64,000 nt of DNA from an uncultured Ignavibacteriales bacterium (GTDB taxonomy: Bacteria; Zixibacteria; MSB-5A5; GN15; FEB-12): positions 3,472 to 67,471 of the forward strand of contig CAZVUZ010000001.1 of assembly GCA_964630485.1 (NCBI GenBank), read 5' to 3'. Below, in pieces: positions 17,867 to 27,878 of this stretch. A program made the translations under genes and the position numbers. Under the pieces are notes generated by a model. It was not told where the DNA came from, did no database searches, and worked only from the letters and a program-made list of their open reading frames with translations. Numbering within the stretch: the stretch's first letter is position 1; each line of letters opens with the position of its first letter.

Positions 17867-18487
17867 TCAGTAGAAGCGTTTTATGGGGAGCAGAAATCCA
17901 ATAGATAGTCGAATATCGTTGAACCGCGTCTGGCGGTGTTTCTCGGCATAAACCGATGGACCCAGCGACTGGGTCTTGATGAAATCGGGTCGAAGGTCGG
18001 TGAGGTTAACCTCCAAAGATATCACACTCCGAAATCTCAACCCGGCCGTGAAACGATACCCCATGGTCGATTTGAAACCGACATCGGTGACGTCCTCGTA
18101 TTTCAATAACGAGTCCGCCGCCGCGCTCGAGAGACTCATGTCATAGTGCGAGAAAACTAACCCGCCGCCGACAAAACCGGTCATTTTGGTCGTCCCTCGG
18201 TAATAGAGCGCTTCGACAGATAGAGTCGGACCGTAAAGATAACCGTCGGGATACTGGGCATCGGACACGGATCCGAACTTGTAGTCGATGGCTCCGCGGA
18301 GGACTATCGGGTGAATCAACATCAACTCGTATTTGGTGGAAAGCTCAACGCCCGTTGACAAAACCGTGTTGGGGCCGGTCACGGCCGCCGTAAAATGCAT
18401 GTTCATGAAATTGACGGTGTCCTGTTGGACAGGGTTGACCGGATAAAGCGGCATGGCAAGCATATAGGCAAAAACAAGGGCGTTCAT
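17867..18487 (-). CDS. Putative outer-membrane beta-barrel protein
   Basis: Hydrophobic N-terminus, alternating amphipathic strands rich in G/Y/S/T, and a C-terminal aromatic residue (..KRFY). Confidence 0.5.
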   Translation of the reverse strand: MNALVFAYMLAMPLYPVNPVQQDTVNFMNMHFTAAVTGPNTVLSTGVELSTKYELMLIHPIVLRGAIDYKFGSVSDAQYPDGYLYGPTLSVEALYYRGTTKMTGFVGGGLVFSHYDMSLSSAAADSLLKYEDVTDVGFKSTMGYRFTAGLRFRSVISLEVNLTDLRPDFIKTQSLGPSVYAEKHRQTRFNDIRLSIGFLLPIKRFY

Positions 18488-18711
18488 ATATTTCTCCTGC
18501 GAAGGTCTCTAATATTATTAACGGTCGGAGCCGTGGTTTTGCCAAAAGAAAAATCGTAAGTCCTGCAAAAACATGGGTTTGGTTCGTGCGAAGGCGTTTT
18601 TTGCGGAGTCTTTGGTCGAGTCGTGTAAGCCGGTTTGAGAGTGTTGCGGACGGCCGTCAAAACGGCCTGTAAATCCTTGTGGCACAACGTCAAGATAACT
18701 TTCAAAAGCGG

Positions 18712-18739
18712 TTGACAACGACGGCATAAAGAGTATATT
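18712..18739 (+). promoter_or_regulatory. Candidate sigma70-type promoter of the aldehyde dehydrogenase gene
   Basis: TTGACA-N16-TATATT, near consensus, about 95 nt upstream of the ATG at 18835. Confidence 0.4.
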
Positions 18740-18759
18740 AGCGGATTGTGCCCGACCGG

Positions 18760-18775
18760 TGTGAATATTTTCACA
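18760..18775. promoter_or_regulatory. Perfect CRP-type palindrome TGTGA-N6-TCACA
   Basis: tgtgaatattttcaca read directly. It lies 21 nt downstream of the candidate -10 and 60 nt upstream of the start codon. Confidence 0.5.
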
Positions 18776-18834
18776 AACGGGGGCTTTGCCGAGCGTGTTT
18801 GACGAACGCAATAACGGTTATCATGGAGTATGTT

Positions 18835-20328
18835 ATGAGCGATCCCAAGGTTTTCAAAAATTTCATAAATGGTGAATGGGTCGAGTCCAAATCGGGCCAG
18901 ACCTACGAGAACATCAGCCCCGCTGATACCAGCGACGTGATTGGTGTCTTTCAAAAATCCAATGCCGACGATGTCCGGATGGCCATCGACGCCGCCAGTG
19001 AGGCCTACAAAAAGTGGCGCCTGGTGCCGGCGCCGAAGCGCGGAGAGATTCTGTACAACGTCGCCCAGCGCCTGCTGGACCAGAAGGAAGATATCTCGAA
19101 GATGATGACCCGCGAAATGGGCAAAGTCATCAGCGAAACCCGAGGCGATACCCAGGAAGCCATCGACATGACTTTTTACATGGCCGGTGAGGGACGCCGC
19201 CAGTTTGGTATCACCACGCCGTCGGAAATGCAGAACAAATTTGCCATGACGGTCCGTCAGCCGCTGGGTGTATGCTCTTTCATTACCCCCTGGAATTTCC
19301 CGATCGCTATCCCGTCCTGGAAGATGATGCCGGCCCTTATTTGCGGCAATACCATCGTTATCAAGCCGGCCACCGACACCCCGGCCTCGGTTGCGAATCT
19401 CATGAAGGCCTGCGAAGAGGAAGGTGTTCCTCCGGGCGTGGTCAATATGGTCACCGGTTCGGGTGCGGCGCTGGGTGATCCGATGATGAACAACCAGGCC
19501 GTCAAGGTCGTGTCGTTCACCGGTTCGACCGAGGTGGGGCGCACGATTTCCGAAACCTGCGCCAAGACTTTCAAACATTGTTGTCTCGAAATGGGCGGTA
19601 AGAACGTACAGATTGTCATGGATGACGCCAATCTGGAACTCGCGGTCGAGGGAGCTCTCTGGGGAGCTTTCGGAACTACCGGTCAGCGCTGCACGGCGAC
19701 GAGCCGCGTGGTTTGCCACAAGGATATTGCGGCGAAGTTCACGAAGATGGTCAGCGAGCGCGCGGCGAAATTGAAGATCGGCAACGGCCTTGATGAATCG
19801 GTCCAGATGGGTCCGTGCATCAACGAGGGCCAGCGCCAGACAGTGCTCAGCTATGTCGAGATAGGCAAGAAGGAAGGCGCCAAGATGGAAACCGGCGGTG
19901 AGCAGCTTTCGGGCGGCGACTATGACAAGGGCTTCTTCGTTCAGCCGACCGTGTTCTCGGGTGTCACCCAGCAGATGCGCATCTGGCGGGAAGAGATTTT
20001 CGGCCCCGTTCTGGGCATTGCCACCTGCGACAACTTCGACCAGGCCATCGAGATGGCCAACGACACTCCCTATGGTCTGTCAGCGTCGATTTACACCAAC
20101 GATTTGAGAAAAGCTTACACCGCCATGCGCGATGTCTACACCGGTATTTTCTACGTCAACGCCCCGACCATCGGCGCCGAGACGCACCTGCCGTTCGGCG
20201 GCACCAAGGAAACCGGCAACGGTCACCGCGAAGCATCTACGGCGGCGCTGGACGTTTTCAGCGAGTGGAAGTCGGTTTACGTTGATTTCTCGGGCAGTCT
20301 GCAGCGCGCCCAGATCGATAACCAGTAA
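18835..20328 (+). CDS. NAD(P)+-dependent aldehyde dehydrogenase
   Basis: [10 protein letters not shown]-terminus, ITPWNFP, catalytic Glu in LEMGGKN, catalytic Cys in GQRCTA, and EEIFGPV. ATG at 18835 (or 18823) is preferred to the upstream ATG at 18748. Confidence 0.9.
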   Translation: MSDPKVFKNFINGEWVESKSGQTYENISPADTSDVIGVFQKSNADDVRMAIDAASEAYKKWRLVPAPKRGEILYNVAQRLLDQKEDISKMMTREMGKVISETRGDTQEAIDMTFYMAGEGRRQFGITTPSEMQNKFAMTVRQPLGVCSFITPWNFPIAIPSWKMMPALICGNTIVIKPATDTPASVANLMKACEEEGVPPGVVNMVTGSGAALGDPMMNNQAVKVVSFTGSTEVGRTISETCAKTFKHCCLEMGGKNVQIVMDDANLELAVEGALWGAFGTTGQRCTATSRVVCHKDIAAKFTKMVSERAAKLKIGNGLDESVQMGPCINEGQRQTVLSYVEIGKKEGAKMETGGEQLSGGDYDKGFFVQPTVFSGVTQQMRIWREEIFGPVLGIATCDNFDQAIEMANDTPYGLSASIYTNDLRKAYTAMRDVYTGIFYVNAPTIGAETHLPFGGTKETGNGHREASTAALDVFSEWKSVYVDFSGSLQRAQIDNQ

Positions 20329-20489
20329 GGGCAAGGACGGAACCTTTATGAAAGATGCGTTGCGCAGTCACGATGGAGCCTTTCGGTAGATATTGCGATT
20401 CTATGAGACTCTGTAGGTAGTCCGACGGGCTTTGGCCGGGACTACCGGGGTGGGTGTAACTTGTAACGCTAATTGAACTGGAGTTTGAC

Positions 20490-21854
20490 ATGGCTAAGAA
20501 TAGAAAAAAGATCATCATCATGGGCGCGGCCGGACGCGACTTTCACAATTTCAACACCGTCTACCGTGACAACAAAGACGTTGAAGTCGTGGCTTTTACC
20601 GCCACCCAGATCCCGGATATCCACGGTCGTAAGTACCCCGCGGTGCTGGCCGGCAAGCTTTATCCCAAGGGTATCCCGATTTATGACGAGAGCGAACTGA
20701 TCAACCTGATCAAGAAGCACGCCATCGACGAGGTGGTGTTCTCCTACTCCGACGTGCCCTACCAGTACCTGATGGAGCGGGCCGCCTACGTGACCTCGGC
20801 CGGCGCCCGGTTCTCCTTCGAGGGTTCCTACCCGACCATGATCAAGTCGAAAAAGCCGGTGGTGTCTGTTTGCGCCATCCGTACCGGCTGTGGCAAGTCG
20901 CAGACGACGCGTCGCGTGGCCGAGGCTTTGCAGGCGATGGGCAAAAAGGTCGTGGCGATCCGCCACCCCATGCCCTACGGCGACCTGGCCAAGCAGGCCT
21001 GCCAGCGTTTCGCGACGCTGAAGGACCTGGACAAGCACAAGTGCACCATCGAGGAGCGCGAGGAGTATGAACCCCACATCATGTCCGGTGTCATCGTTTA
21101 CGCCGGTGTCGATTACGAGATGATTATCCGCGAGGCCGAAAAAGAGGCCGACGTGATTCTCTGGGACGGCGGCAATAACGATATGTCGTTCTACCAGGCC
21201 GACCTGCAGATCACCGTCGTCGATCCGCATCGTCCGGGTCACGAGCTTTCCTACTTCCCGGGACAGAACAACCTGCTCCTGGCCGACGTGATCGTCATTA
21301 ACAAAATCGACTCCGCCGATCCGGAAGGCGTGGCCGAGGTTCGCCAGAACATCGCGGCCTATAACCCGGATGCTATCGTGGTTGACGCGGCCTCGCCGCT
21401 GACGGTGGACAAGCCCGAACTCATCAGAGGCAAGAAAGTGCTCGTGGTCGAAGACGGCCCGACCCTCACCCACGGTGAAATGGCTTACGGCGCCGGCGTC
21501 GTGGCGGCCGAGAAATACGGCGCTGCCGAACTCGTCGACCCGCGCCCGTACACGGTCAAGTCCATTACCGCGACCTATAAGAAGTATCCCGGAATCGGTA
21601 CTCTTCTCCCGGCCATGGGCTATGGCGACAAGCAGGTCAAGGACCTCGAAATGACCATCAACCGTGTCAAATGTGACGCCGTGGTCGTGGCGACGCCGAT
21701 TGACCTGACCCGCATTCTCAAGATCAGGAAGCCGTCGGTCCGCGTGGGCTACAGCCTGCAGGAGATCGGTGTTCCGACTCTGGCCGGGATCCTCGGGGAT
21801 TTCTTCGGCAGTAAAGGAAAGAAACGCGCGATTGCAAAGCGCGGACGGAAATAG
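20490..21854 (+). CDS. Predicted GTPase of unknown function (COG2403-like)
   Basis: IIIMGAAGRDFHNFN N-terminus, a P-loop-like TGCGKSQT and an NKxD-like VINKID motif. Assignment from memory of the family, not verified. Confidence 0.65.
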   Translation: MAKNRKKIIIMGAAGRDFHNFNTVYRDNKDVEVVAFTATQIPDIHGRKYPAVLAGKLYPKGIPIYDESELINLIKKHAIDEVVFSYSDVPYQYLMERAAYVTSAGARFSFEGSYPTMIKSKKPVVSVCAIRTGCGKSQTTRRVAEALQAMGKKVVAIRHPMPYGDLAKQACQRFATLKDLDKHKCTIEEREEYEPHIMSGVIVYAGVDYEMIIREAEKEADVILWDGGNNDMSFYQADLQITVVDPHRPGHELSYFPGQNNLLLADVIVINKIDSADPEGVAEVRQNIAAYNPDAIVVDAASPLTVDKPELIRGKKVLVVEDGPTLTHGEMAYGAGVVAAEKYGAAELVDPRPYTVKSITATYKKYPGIGTLLPAMGYGDKQVKDLEMTINRVKCDAVVVATPIDLTRILKIRKPSVRVGYSLQEIGVPTLAGILGDFFGSKGKKRAIAKRGRK

Positions 21855-21932
21855 AAGAAACGCGACTGTCGGGTCGGCTCATGCCGGCCCGACTCGCATT
21901 TGTCCGATTAGTAATGACAGAGAGTTGGCTAA

Positions 21933-22883
21933 ATGCCTGACAGCAAGACAGCCGTTATCGCCCTCGGCGGCAATGCTATAACGCAGCCGTCACAGGAAGA
22001 TACCATAGCCAACCAGTTTGCCAACACGCGGCAGTCGCTCGGCGGTATTGTCGAGCTGGCTCGCGACGGCTACCGGCTGGTCGTGAGTCACGGCAACGGT
22101 CCGCAGGTTGGTAACGCCCTGTTCCGCGTCGAACTGGCCCGCGGGAAGGCCCCGATCCTTCCCCTCGGAGTCTGTGTCGCCGATACCGAAGGCGGTATGG
22201 GTTACATGATAGAGCAGTCTCTCCAAAACCGTCTCCGCGCAGAGAAAATAGATCGGCCGGTAGTGACCATCATCACCCAGATGCTGGTGCGCCCCGATGA
22301 TCCCGCGATCGAGAACCCGACGAAGTACATCGGCCAGTTTTACGACGAACAGCAGGCCCGGGAGTATGAAAAGTCCCGGGGTTGGCACATGAAGAAGGAC
22401 TCCGACCGCGGTTGGCGGCGGGTGGTTCCGTCACCGATGCCTTACAATACGGTGGAGGGCTCGACGATCAAGAGCCTGGTGGAAAGCGGCGCAATCGTCA
22501 TCGCCGGCGGCGGCGGCGGAATCCCGGTTTACATCGATGAAAACGGCAACTATGAAGGTATGGATGCCGTCATCGACAAGGACCTCGGCTCGGCGGTGAT
22601 CGGACATGAAATCGGGGCGGGTATCCTGTGTATCCTGACCTCGGTTGACAGCGTCGCGATCAACTTCGGCGAAAAGAACGAGGAGTCGCTGGGAACGGTG
22701 ACTCTTTCGCAGATGAAAAAGTATTTTGATGAAGGTCATTTCGCGCCCGGCTCGATGGGCCCCAAAATCCAGGCGGCCGTTAAATTCCTGGAGAACGGCG
22801 GCGAAATGGTCTCGATTACTTCTTTCAATAATGCTGAAAAAGCGGTTCGCGGCGAGGCCGGAACCCGGATTGTCCCAGACTGA
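21933..22883 (+). CDS. arcC: Carbamate kinase
   Basis: VIALGGNAI and VSHGNGPQVG motifs, and IAGGGGGIPV. Confidence 0.9.
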   Translation: MPDSKTAVIALGGNAITQPSQEDTIANQFANTRQSLGGIVELARDGYRLVVSHGNGPQVGNALFRVELARGKAPILPLGVCVADTEGGMGYMIEQSLQNRLRAEKIDRPVVTIITQMLVRPDDPAIENPTKYIGQFYDEQQAREYEKSRGWHMKKDSDRGWRRVVPSPMPYNTVEGSTIKSLVESGAIVIAGGGGGIPVYIDENGNYEGMDAVIDKDLGSAVIGHEIGAGILCILTSVDSVAINFGEKNEESLGTVTLSQMKKYFDEGHFAPGSMGPKIQAAVKFLENGGEMVSITSFNNAEKAVRGEAGTRIVPD

Positions 22884-22886
22884 GGA

Positions 22887-24281
22887 ATGTGCAATTTGTC
22901 CCGCGATACGGTGGACGATATTCTCGCCAGAGGGAAGATTTACGAAGTCGGTGGTGCTGTACGTGACCGATTAATGTCGGCAACGGCGACTTCGCAGGAT
23001 CGCGACTACCTCGTGACCGGGATCGACTATGATTCCCTGACCGAGCTGTTGCGCAAACACGGCCGCGTTGACCTGGTGGGCAAGAGTTTCGGGGTAATCA
23101 AATTCACGCAGTTTCGTCAGGGAGTAAGAAACACCTTCGACATCGCCCTGCCGCGCCGCGAACACTCCACCGGTTGGGGACACCGCGAGTTCGAGGTGGC
23201 CTTCGATCCTGAGCTTTCGGTCGAAGACGATCTCGTTCGCCGCGACTTTACCATCAATGCCATGGCCGTTGCCCTCGACAGCGACGAGATAATCGACCCC
23301 TTTGGCGGCCGCGAAGACCTCAAGCGCCGCCATTTGCGGATGGTTTACGAGGATTCGTTCGAGGACGACCCGCTGCGGATGATACGAGCGGTGCAGTTTG
23401 CCGCCCGGTTCAAGTTCGAGATCGAGCCGGCGACCTTCGCTGCGATGAAACGCTGTGCCCACAAAATCGCAACCGTATCCGCCGAGCGTATTAACGAAGA
23501 GCTGAATAAACTCCTGAGATTGGCCGAGAAACCGTCCCAGGGGTTCCGGCTCATGCTCGCGACCGGACTTCTGAAGGAAGTCCTGCCGGAGCTTGAGGAG
23601 TGTGTCGGTGTCGATCAGCCCGGCGGTTATCACAAGTACGATGTTTTCGAGCACACCATGTATGCCATCGACGCCAGCCCGGCCGTGTTGCGGGTGCGTA
23701 TGGCGGCGCTCTTTCACGATATTACCAAACCCCAGGCCAAGCGTCCGGCGGAAAAAGGGGCCACATTTTACGGTCATGAGCGATCCGGAGCCCGGGTCGC
23801 CGAGCATGCTCTCGGCCGCCTGCGCTATTCGCGGGATTTCATCCGGCAGGTGATTACCCTGGTGGAGCGTCACATGTTCACGACGCAGGTGACGGATAAG
23901 GGAATGCGCCGTTTGCTAAGAAGAGTCGGACCGGATCTCATTTTCGATTTGCTGGACCTTCGGCGGGCCGATGTTCAAGCCATGGGGATGGGTGGTTCGA
24001 CCGAGGATGTCGACGAGTTTGAGGCCGACCTTCGCGCCGAGCTCTCGCGCAAACCGCCCCTGAGCGTCTCGGACCTGGCCCTCAACGGCACCGATCTTAT
24101 GCAAATGCTCAAAATCGGCCCCGGTCCGAAGGTGGGGGAGATCCTGAAACAACTTCTCGAGAAGGTGCTCGACGAACCCGAATTGAACCGGCAGGAGACG
24201 CTGCAGTCCCTGGCGAGATCGTATTACGAAAGTAATCCTGAACTTAAAGATAAGAACACCGACAAGGAAAGCGACCTATGA
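22887..24281 (+). CDS. cca: CCA-adding tRNA nucleotidyltransferase / poly(A) polymerase family protein with an HD domain
   Basis: GGAVRD, DYL and RRDFTINAMA nucleotidyltransferase motifs, plus an HD region (LFHDITKP). Confidence 0.85.
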   Translation: MCNLSRDTVDDILARGKIYEVGGAVRDRLMSATATSQDRDYLVTGIDYDSLTELLRKHGRVDLVGKSFGVIKFTQFRQGVRNTFDIALPRREHSTGWGHREFEVAFDPELSVEDDLVRRDFTINAMAVALDSDEIIDPFGGREDLKRRHLRMVYEDSFEDDPLRMIRAVQFAARFKFEIEPATFAAMKRCAHKIATVSAERINEELNKLLRLAEKPSQGFRLMLATGLLKEVLPELEECVGVDQPGGYHKYDVFEHTMYAIDASPAVLRVRMAALFHDITKPQAKRPAEKGATFYGHERSGARVAEHALGRLRYSRDFIRQVITLVERHMFTTQVTDKGMRRLLRRVGPDLIFDLLDLRRADVQAMGMGGSTEDVDEFEADLRAELSRKPPLSVSDLALNGTDLMQMLKIGPGPKVGEILKQLLEKVLDEPELNRQETLQSLARSYYESNPELKDKNTDKESDL

Positions 24282-25417
24282 AAATTCACGAGTATCAAGC
24301 CAAGCAGATTTTTGCCGAGGCTGGTATTCCGGTGCCCGGGGGAGAGGTAGCCACCACTCCAATGGAAGCTCTGGAGATCGCCCAACGACTCAACAAACCG
24401 GTAATGGTTAAGTCCCAGGTCCACGTGGGTGGGCGGGGCAAAGCCGGCGGCATTAAGTATGCCGAGAATGCCGAGGCGGCCAAGATCCTCGCCCAGACGA
24501 TCCTGGGTATGGAGATTAAGGGTCTGCCGGTTAAGAAGGTGCTTGTCACCATCGCCGAGGACATCATCTCCGAATCATACGTGGGGATAATTCTCGACCG
24601 TGCTTCGAAGAAACCGGTAATCATGGTTTCCCCGGCGGGCGGTGTCGACATCGAAGAGGTGGCGGCCAAGACTCCCGAGAAGATTTTCAAGATGGCCATC
24701 GATCCCAACGAAGGCCTGCGTTCCTATCAGGCCCGCGAGCTCGCCTTCAAGCTCTATCGCGACATTAAGCAGGTGCGCGCCGCGGCTGATATCCTCCTGA
24801 AGCTCTATGACGTGTTCTGGAAAATCGACGCTTCACTGGTGGAAATAAATCCGCTGATCACCAATACCTCCGGCACCGTGATAGCCCTCGACGCCAAGAT
24901 CAATATCGACGACAACGGTCTCTTTCGCCAGAAGGACATTGAGGCCATGCGCGATATCGACGCCGAAGAGCCCGCCGAGGTCAAGGCCCGTGAATACGAC
25001 CTGTCGTACATCAAACTGGACGGGGAAATCGGTTGTATGGTTAACGGCGCCGGCCTGGCCATGACGACCATGGACCTGGTCAAGCGCTACGGCGGCGATC
25101 CGGCCAATTTCCTGGATATCGGCGGATCTTCCAGCCCTGAGAAGGTCATGGCGGCGTTGCGTATTATTCTCGGCGACCCCAATGTCAGGGCGGTTTTGAT
25201 CAATATCTTCGGCGGGATCACACGCTGTGACGATGTGGCCACCGGGATCGTGGGCGCTTTCAAAGAACTCAACCCGTCCGTGCCGGTAGTGGTGCGTCTG
25301 ACGGGCACCAATGAACATGAGGCGGTCAAGATTCTCAAGTCGGTCAACCTGCCGTCGGCCGACACCCTGGACAATGTTGTCAAGAAGGCCATTGAACTGG
25401 CGCAGGGGACTCTGTAA
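24278..25417 (+). CDS. sucC: Succinyl-CoA synthetase beta subunit
   Basis: MKIHEYQAKQIF N-terminus, ATP-grasp region and GCMVNGAGLAMTTMD. ATGA overlap with cca. Confidence 0.95.
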   Translation: MKIHEYQAKQIFAEAGIPVPGGEVATTPMEALEIAQRLNKPVMVKSQVHVGGRGKAGGIKYAENAEAAKILAQTILGMEIKGLPVKKVLVTIAEDIISESYVGIILDRASKKPVIMVSPAGGVDIEEVAAKTPEKIFKMAIDPNEGLRSYQARELAFKLYRDIKQVRAAADILLKLYDVFWKIDASLVEINPLITNTSGTVIALDAKINIDDNGLFRQKDIEAMRDIDAEEPAEVKAREYDLSYIKLDGEIGCMVNGAGLAMTTMDLVKRYGGDPANFLDIGGSSSPEKVMAALRIILGDPNVRAVLINIFGGITRCDDVATGIVGAFKELNPSVPVVVRLTGTNEHEAVKILKSVNLPSADTLDNVVKKAIELAQGTL

Positions 25418-25441
25418 ACCGTATTCATTGAGGATAGAAAT

Positions 25442-26413
25442 ATGTCGATTTTCATAAACAAGAAGACCAAGCTGCTGGTCCAGGGCATAACCGGCCGCGA
25501 CGGTTCGTTTCATGCCGAGCAGATGAAGAAATACGGCACCAATGTCGTGGGCGGCGTGACGCCCGGCAAAGGGGGCGCCAAAGTCGCGGGGATTCCCGTT
25601 TTTGATTCCGTGGCGCAAGCCGTCAAGGCAACCAAAGCGAATACGTCGGTGATCTACGTACCGCCGGCATTTGCCGTCGATGCCATTTACGAGGCCGTCG
25701 ACGCCGGTATCAAGACTATCGTATGTATCACCGAGGGTGTTCCGGCCAATGATATGATGAAGGTGTATCCTTACGTCAGGGCCGCCGGCGCCCGCCTTAT
25801 AGGTCCCAACTGCCCCGGCCTGATTTCGGTTGATCAGTGCAAGGTAGGCATTATGCCCGGCAATATCGTCAAGAAGGGTAACGTGGGGGTTATCTCCCGT
25901 TCCGGCACCCTGACCTACGAGGCCATCTGGGCGCTGACGCTGGAAGGAATGGGTCAGACGACCTGCATCGGAATCGGTGGCGACCAGGTCATCGGAACCA
26001 ACTTCATCGATGTCCTCGAGGCTTTCGAAGCCGACAATGCCACCAAGGCGATTGTGATGATCGGTGAAATCGGCGGTTCCGATGAAGAGGATGCGGCCAA
26101 GTTCATCAAGAAGCACGTAACCAAGCCGGTGGCGGCGTTCATCGCCGGCCAGGCGGCTCCTCCCGGAAAGCGCATGGGCCACGCCGGTGCCATTATCTCC
26201 GGCGGCAGCGGCACGGCGGCGGATAAGATCAAGGCGCTCAATGCCGTCGGTATCCCGGTGGCCGGTTCCCCCACGGAACTGCCCGGTTTGATCAAGGAAC
26301 TCCTGGCCAAGGGTAAGAAGAAGGCTACGGTGAAGAAAACCGAAAAGAAAGCAACCAAGAAGACAATTAAGAAGACGACGACTAAGAAAGCCGCCGCCAA
26401 AAAGAAGAAATAG
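25442..26413 (+). CDS. sucD: Succinyl-CoA synthetase alpha subunit with a 34-aa lysine-rich C-terminal extension
   Basis: [21 protein letters not shown] and [10 protein letters not shown] (phosphohistidine loop). The tail [34 protein letters not shown] lies beyond the usual SucD end. Confidence 0.95.
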   Translation: MSIFINKKTKLLVQGITGRDGSFHAEQMKKYGTNVVGGVTPGKGGAKVAGIPVFDSVAQAVKATKANTSVIYVPPAFAVDAIYEAVDAGIKTIVCITEGVPANDMMKVYPYVRAAGARLIGPNCPGLISVDQCKVGIMPGNIVKKGNVGVISRSGTLTYEAIWALTLEGMGQTTCIGIGGDQVIGTNFIDVLEAFEADNATKAIVMIGEIGGSDEEDAAKFIKKHVTKPVAAFIAGQAAPPGKRMGHAGAIISGGSGTAADKIKALNAVGIPVAGSPTELPGLIKELLAKGKKKATVKKTEKKATKKTIKKTTTKKAAAKKKK

Positions 26414-26464
26414 TCAACCTTAATCTTTGAAGAACAGCGAGAGCGCTGTTTCTGAGGAAGTGCG

Positions 26465-26728
26465 ATGGCAGAATCAAAAGATGCGGCCAAGCCCGCAACC
26501 GCTAAAAAGGGCAAAAGCAAGTATGACTATACTAATGGGCCACCCCCACTGAACATAGATATGTCCTGGTGTAAGGCGTGCAACATCTGTATTGCTCTTT
26601 GTCCCACTCAGGTTTTCGAACCTGATCGGGATGGCAGACCTACTATAGCCCGCGCCGAGGACTGCACCCAGTGCTCGGTTTGCTGGACTCACTGTCCCGA
26701 CTTTGCGATCACGTCAAACTACAAGTAG
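26465..26728 (+). CDS. korD: 2-oxoacid:ferredoxin oxidoreductase delta (ferredoxin) subunit
   Basis: 87 aa with CKACNICIALCP and CTQCSVCWTHCP. It is first in a delta-alpha-beta-gamma gene order like oorDABC. Confidence 0.8.
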   Translation: MAESKDAAKPATAKKGKSKYDYTNGPPPLNIDMSWCKACNICIALCPTQVFEPDRDGRPTIARAEDCTQCSVCWTHCPDFAITSNYK

Positions 26729-26741
26729 GTTGGAAGAAAAC

Positions 26742-27878
26742 ATGGTTGATACACAACGAAATCTGATGCTGGGTAACCTGGCTTGTGTTCACGGCGCTAT
26801 CTATGCCGGTATGCGTTTCTTTGCCGGCTACCCGATTACGCCGTCTACGGAAGTCGCCGAAGGACTTTCACGCGAACTGCCCAAAATTGGCGGCCGCTTT
26901 ATCCAGATGGAAGATGAAATCGGATCCATTGCGGCCGTGGTCGGGGCCTCCATTGCAGGCCTGAAATCCATGACCGCTACCTCCGGACCCGGCTACTCCC
27001 TGATGCAGGAGAACATTGGCTACGCCTATATGACAGAGACCCCATGCGTGGTCGTCAATGTCCAGCGTGGTGGGCCCTCGACCGGATTGCCGACCAAGGT
27101 CAGTCAGTCCGACACGATGCAGGCTCGCTACGGCCCGCACGGTGACTATACGGCAATTACGGTGGCGCCGTCGACGGTCGGCGACACCATTACCGAGACC
27201 ATTCGCGCCTTTAACCTGGCCGAGCGTTTTCGGACGCCGGTAACGATCCTGATGGACGAAATCATCTCGCATCAACGGGAGTTGATCAAGCTGCCGCAGC
27301 CGGGTGAACACACGATCGTGGATCGGGTTAAGCCGACCTGCACGCCGGAGGAATTCGAGCCCTATGCCTCGACGCCCAACGGCGTTTCTCCCATGCCGGC
27401 TTTCGGTGAAGGGTACCGCTACAACGTTACCGGTCTGACCCATGATGCCATGGGGTTTTCAACGGCCAAGGCAGACGAAATTGTCTGGAAAATGGATAAA
27501 ATGCGTAATAAGATCCTCGACTACCGCAACGAGATAGTCAAGTTACGCGTTGAAATGATGGATGATGCCGAGATCGCTTTCGTATCCTACGGTTCGGTCT
27601 CCAGGGCGGCTTTGCTCGCCGTCGCCGTGGCCCGCAAGGCCGGGGTGAAAGTGGGCATGGTCCAGCTCTATACTCTCTGGCCGTTCCCGGAAGATGAACT
27701 GAGGGACTATTGCCAGAAGTGTCGAAAGGTTATCGTTCCCGAATTGAATATGGGACAGGTCGTCGGAGAGGTGCGTCGGCAGTTACCGTCCGAGGTTGAG
27801 GTTCACGCGCTCAATCGTTATGACGGTGAGCTATTGACGCCGATGCAGCTTCTCGAGAAACTGGAAGAGGTGATGTGA
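26742..27878 (+). CDS. korA: 2-oxoglutarate:ferredoxin oxidoreductase alpha subunit
   Basis: GNLACVHGAIYAGMRFFAGYPITPSTE and GPGYSLMQE motifs. ATG at 26742 lies after the delta stop; the ORF is open from 26703. Confidence 0.9.
   Translation: MVDTQRNLMLGNLACVHGAIYAGMRFFAGYPITPSTEVAEGLSRELPKIGGRFIQMEDEIGSIAAVVGASIAGLKSMTATSGPGYSLMQENIGYAYMTETPCVVVNVQRGGPSTGLPTKVSQSDTMQARYGPHGDYTAITVAPSTVGDTITETIRAFNLAERFRTPVTILMDEIISHQRELIKLPQPGEHTIVDRVKPTCTPEEFEPYASTPNGVSPMPAFGEGYRYNVTGLTHDAMGFSTAKADEIVWKMDKMRNKILDYRNEIVKLRVEMMDDAEIAFVSYGSVSRAALLAVAVARKAGVKVGMVQLYTLWPFPEDELRDYCQKCRKVIVPELNMGQVVGEVRRQLPSEVEVHALNRYDGELLTPMQLLEKLEEVM

Noticed and set aside
18484-19719. A 411-aa ORF on the - strand.
   Set aside because: It is antisense to the aldehyde dehydrogenase gene, which has catalytic Glu and Cys motifs on the + strand, and it extends through the promoter region. 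No domain signature; a shadow ORF.
24833-26182. A 449-aa ORF on the - strand.
   Set aside because: It is antisense to sucC and sucD, which carry textbook motifs. The translation has no recognisable domain and an Arg/Gly/Asp/His-rich composition typical of shadow ORFs.
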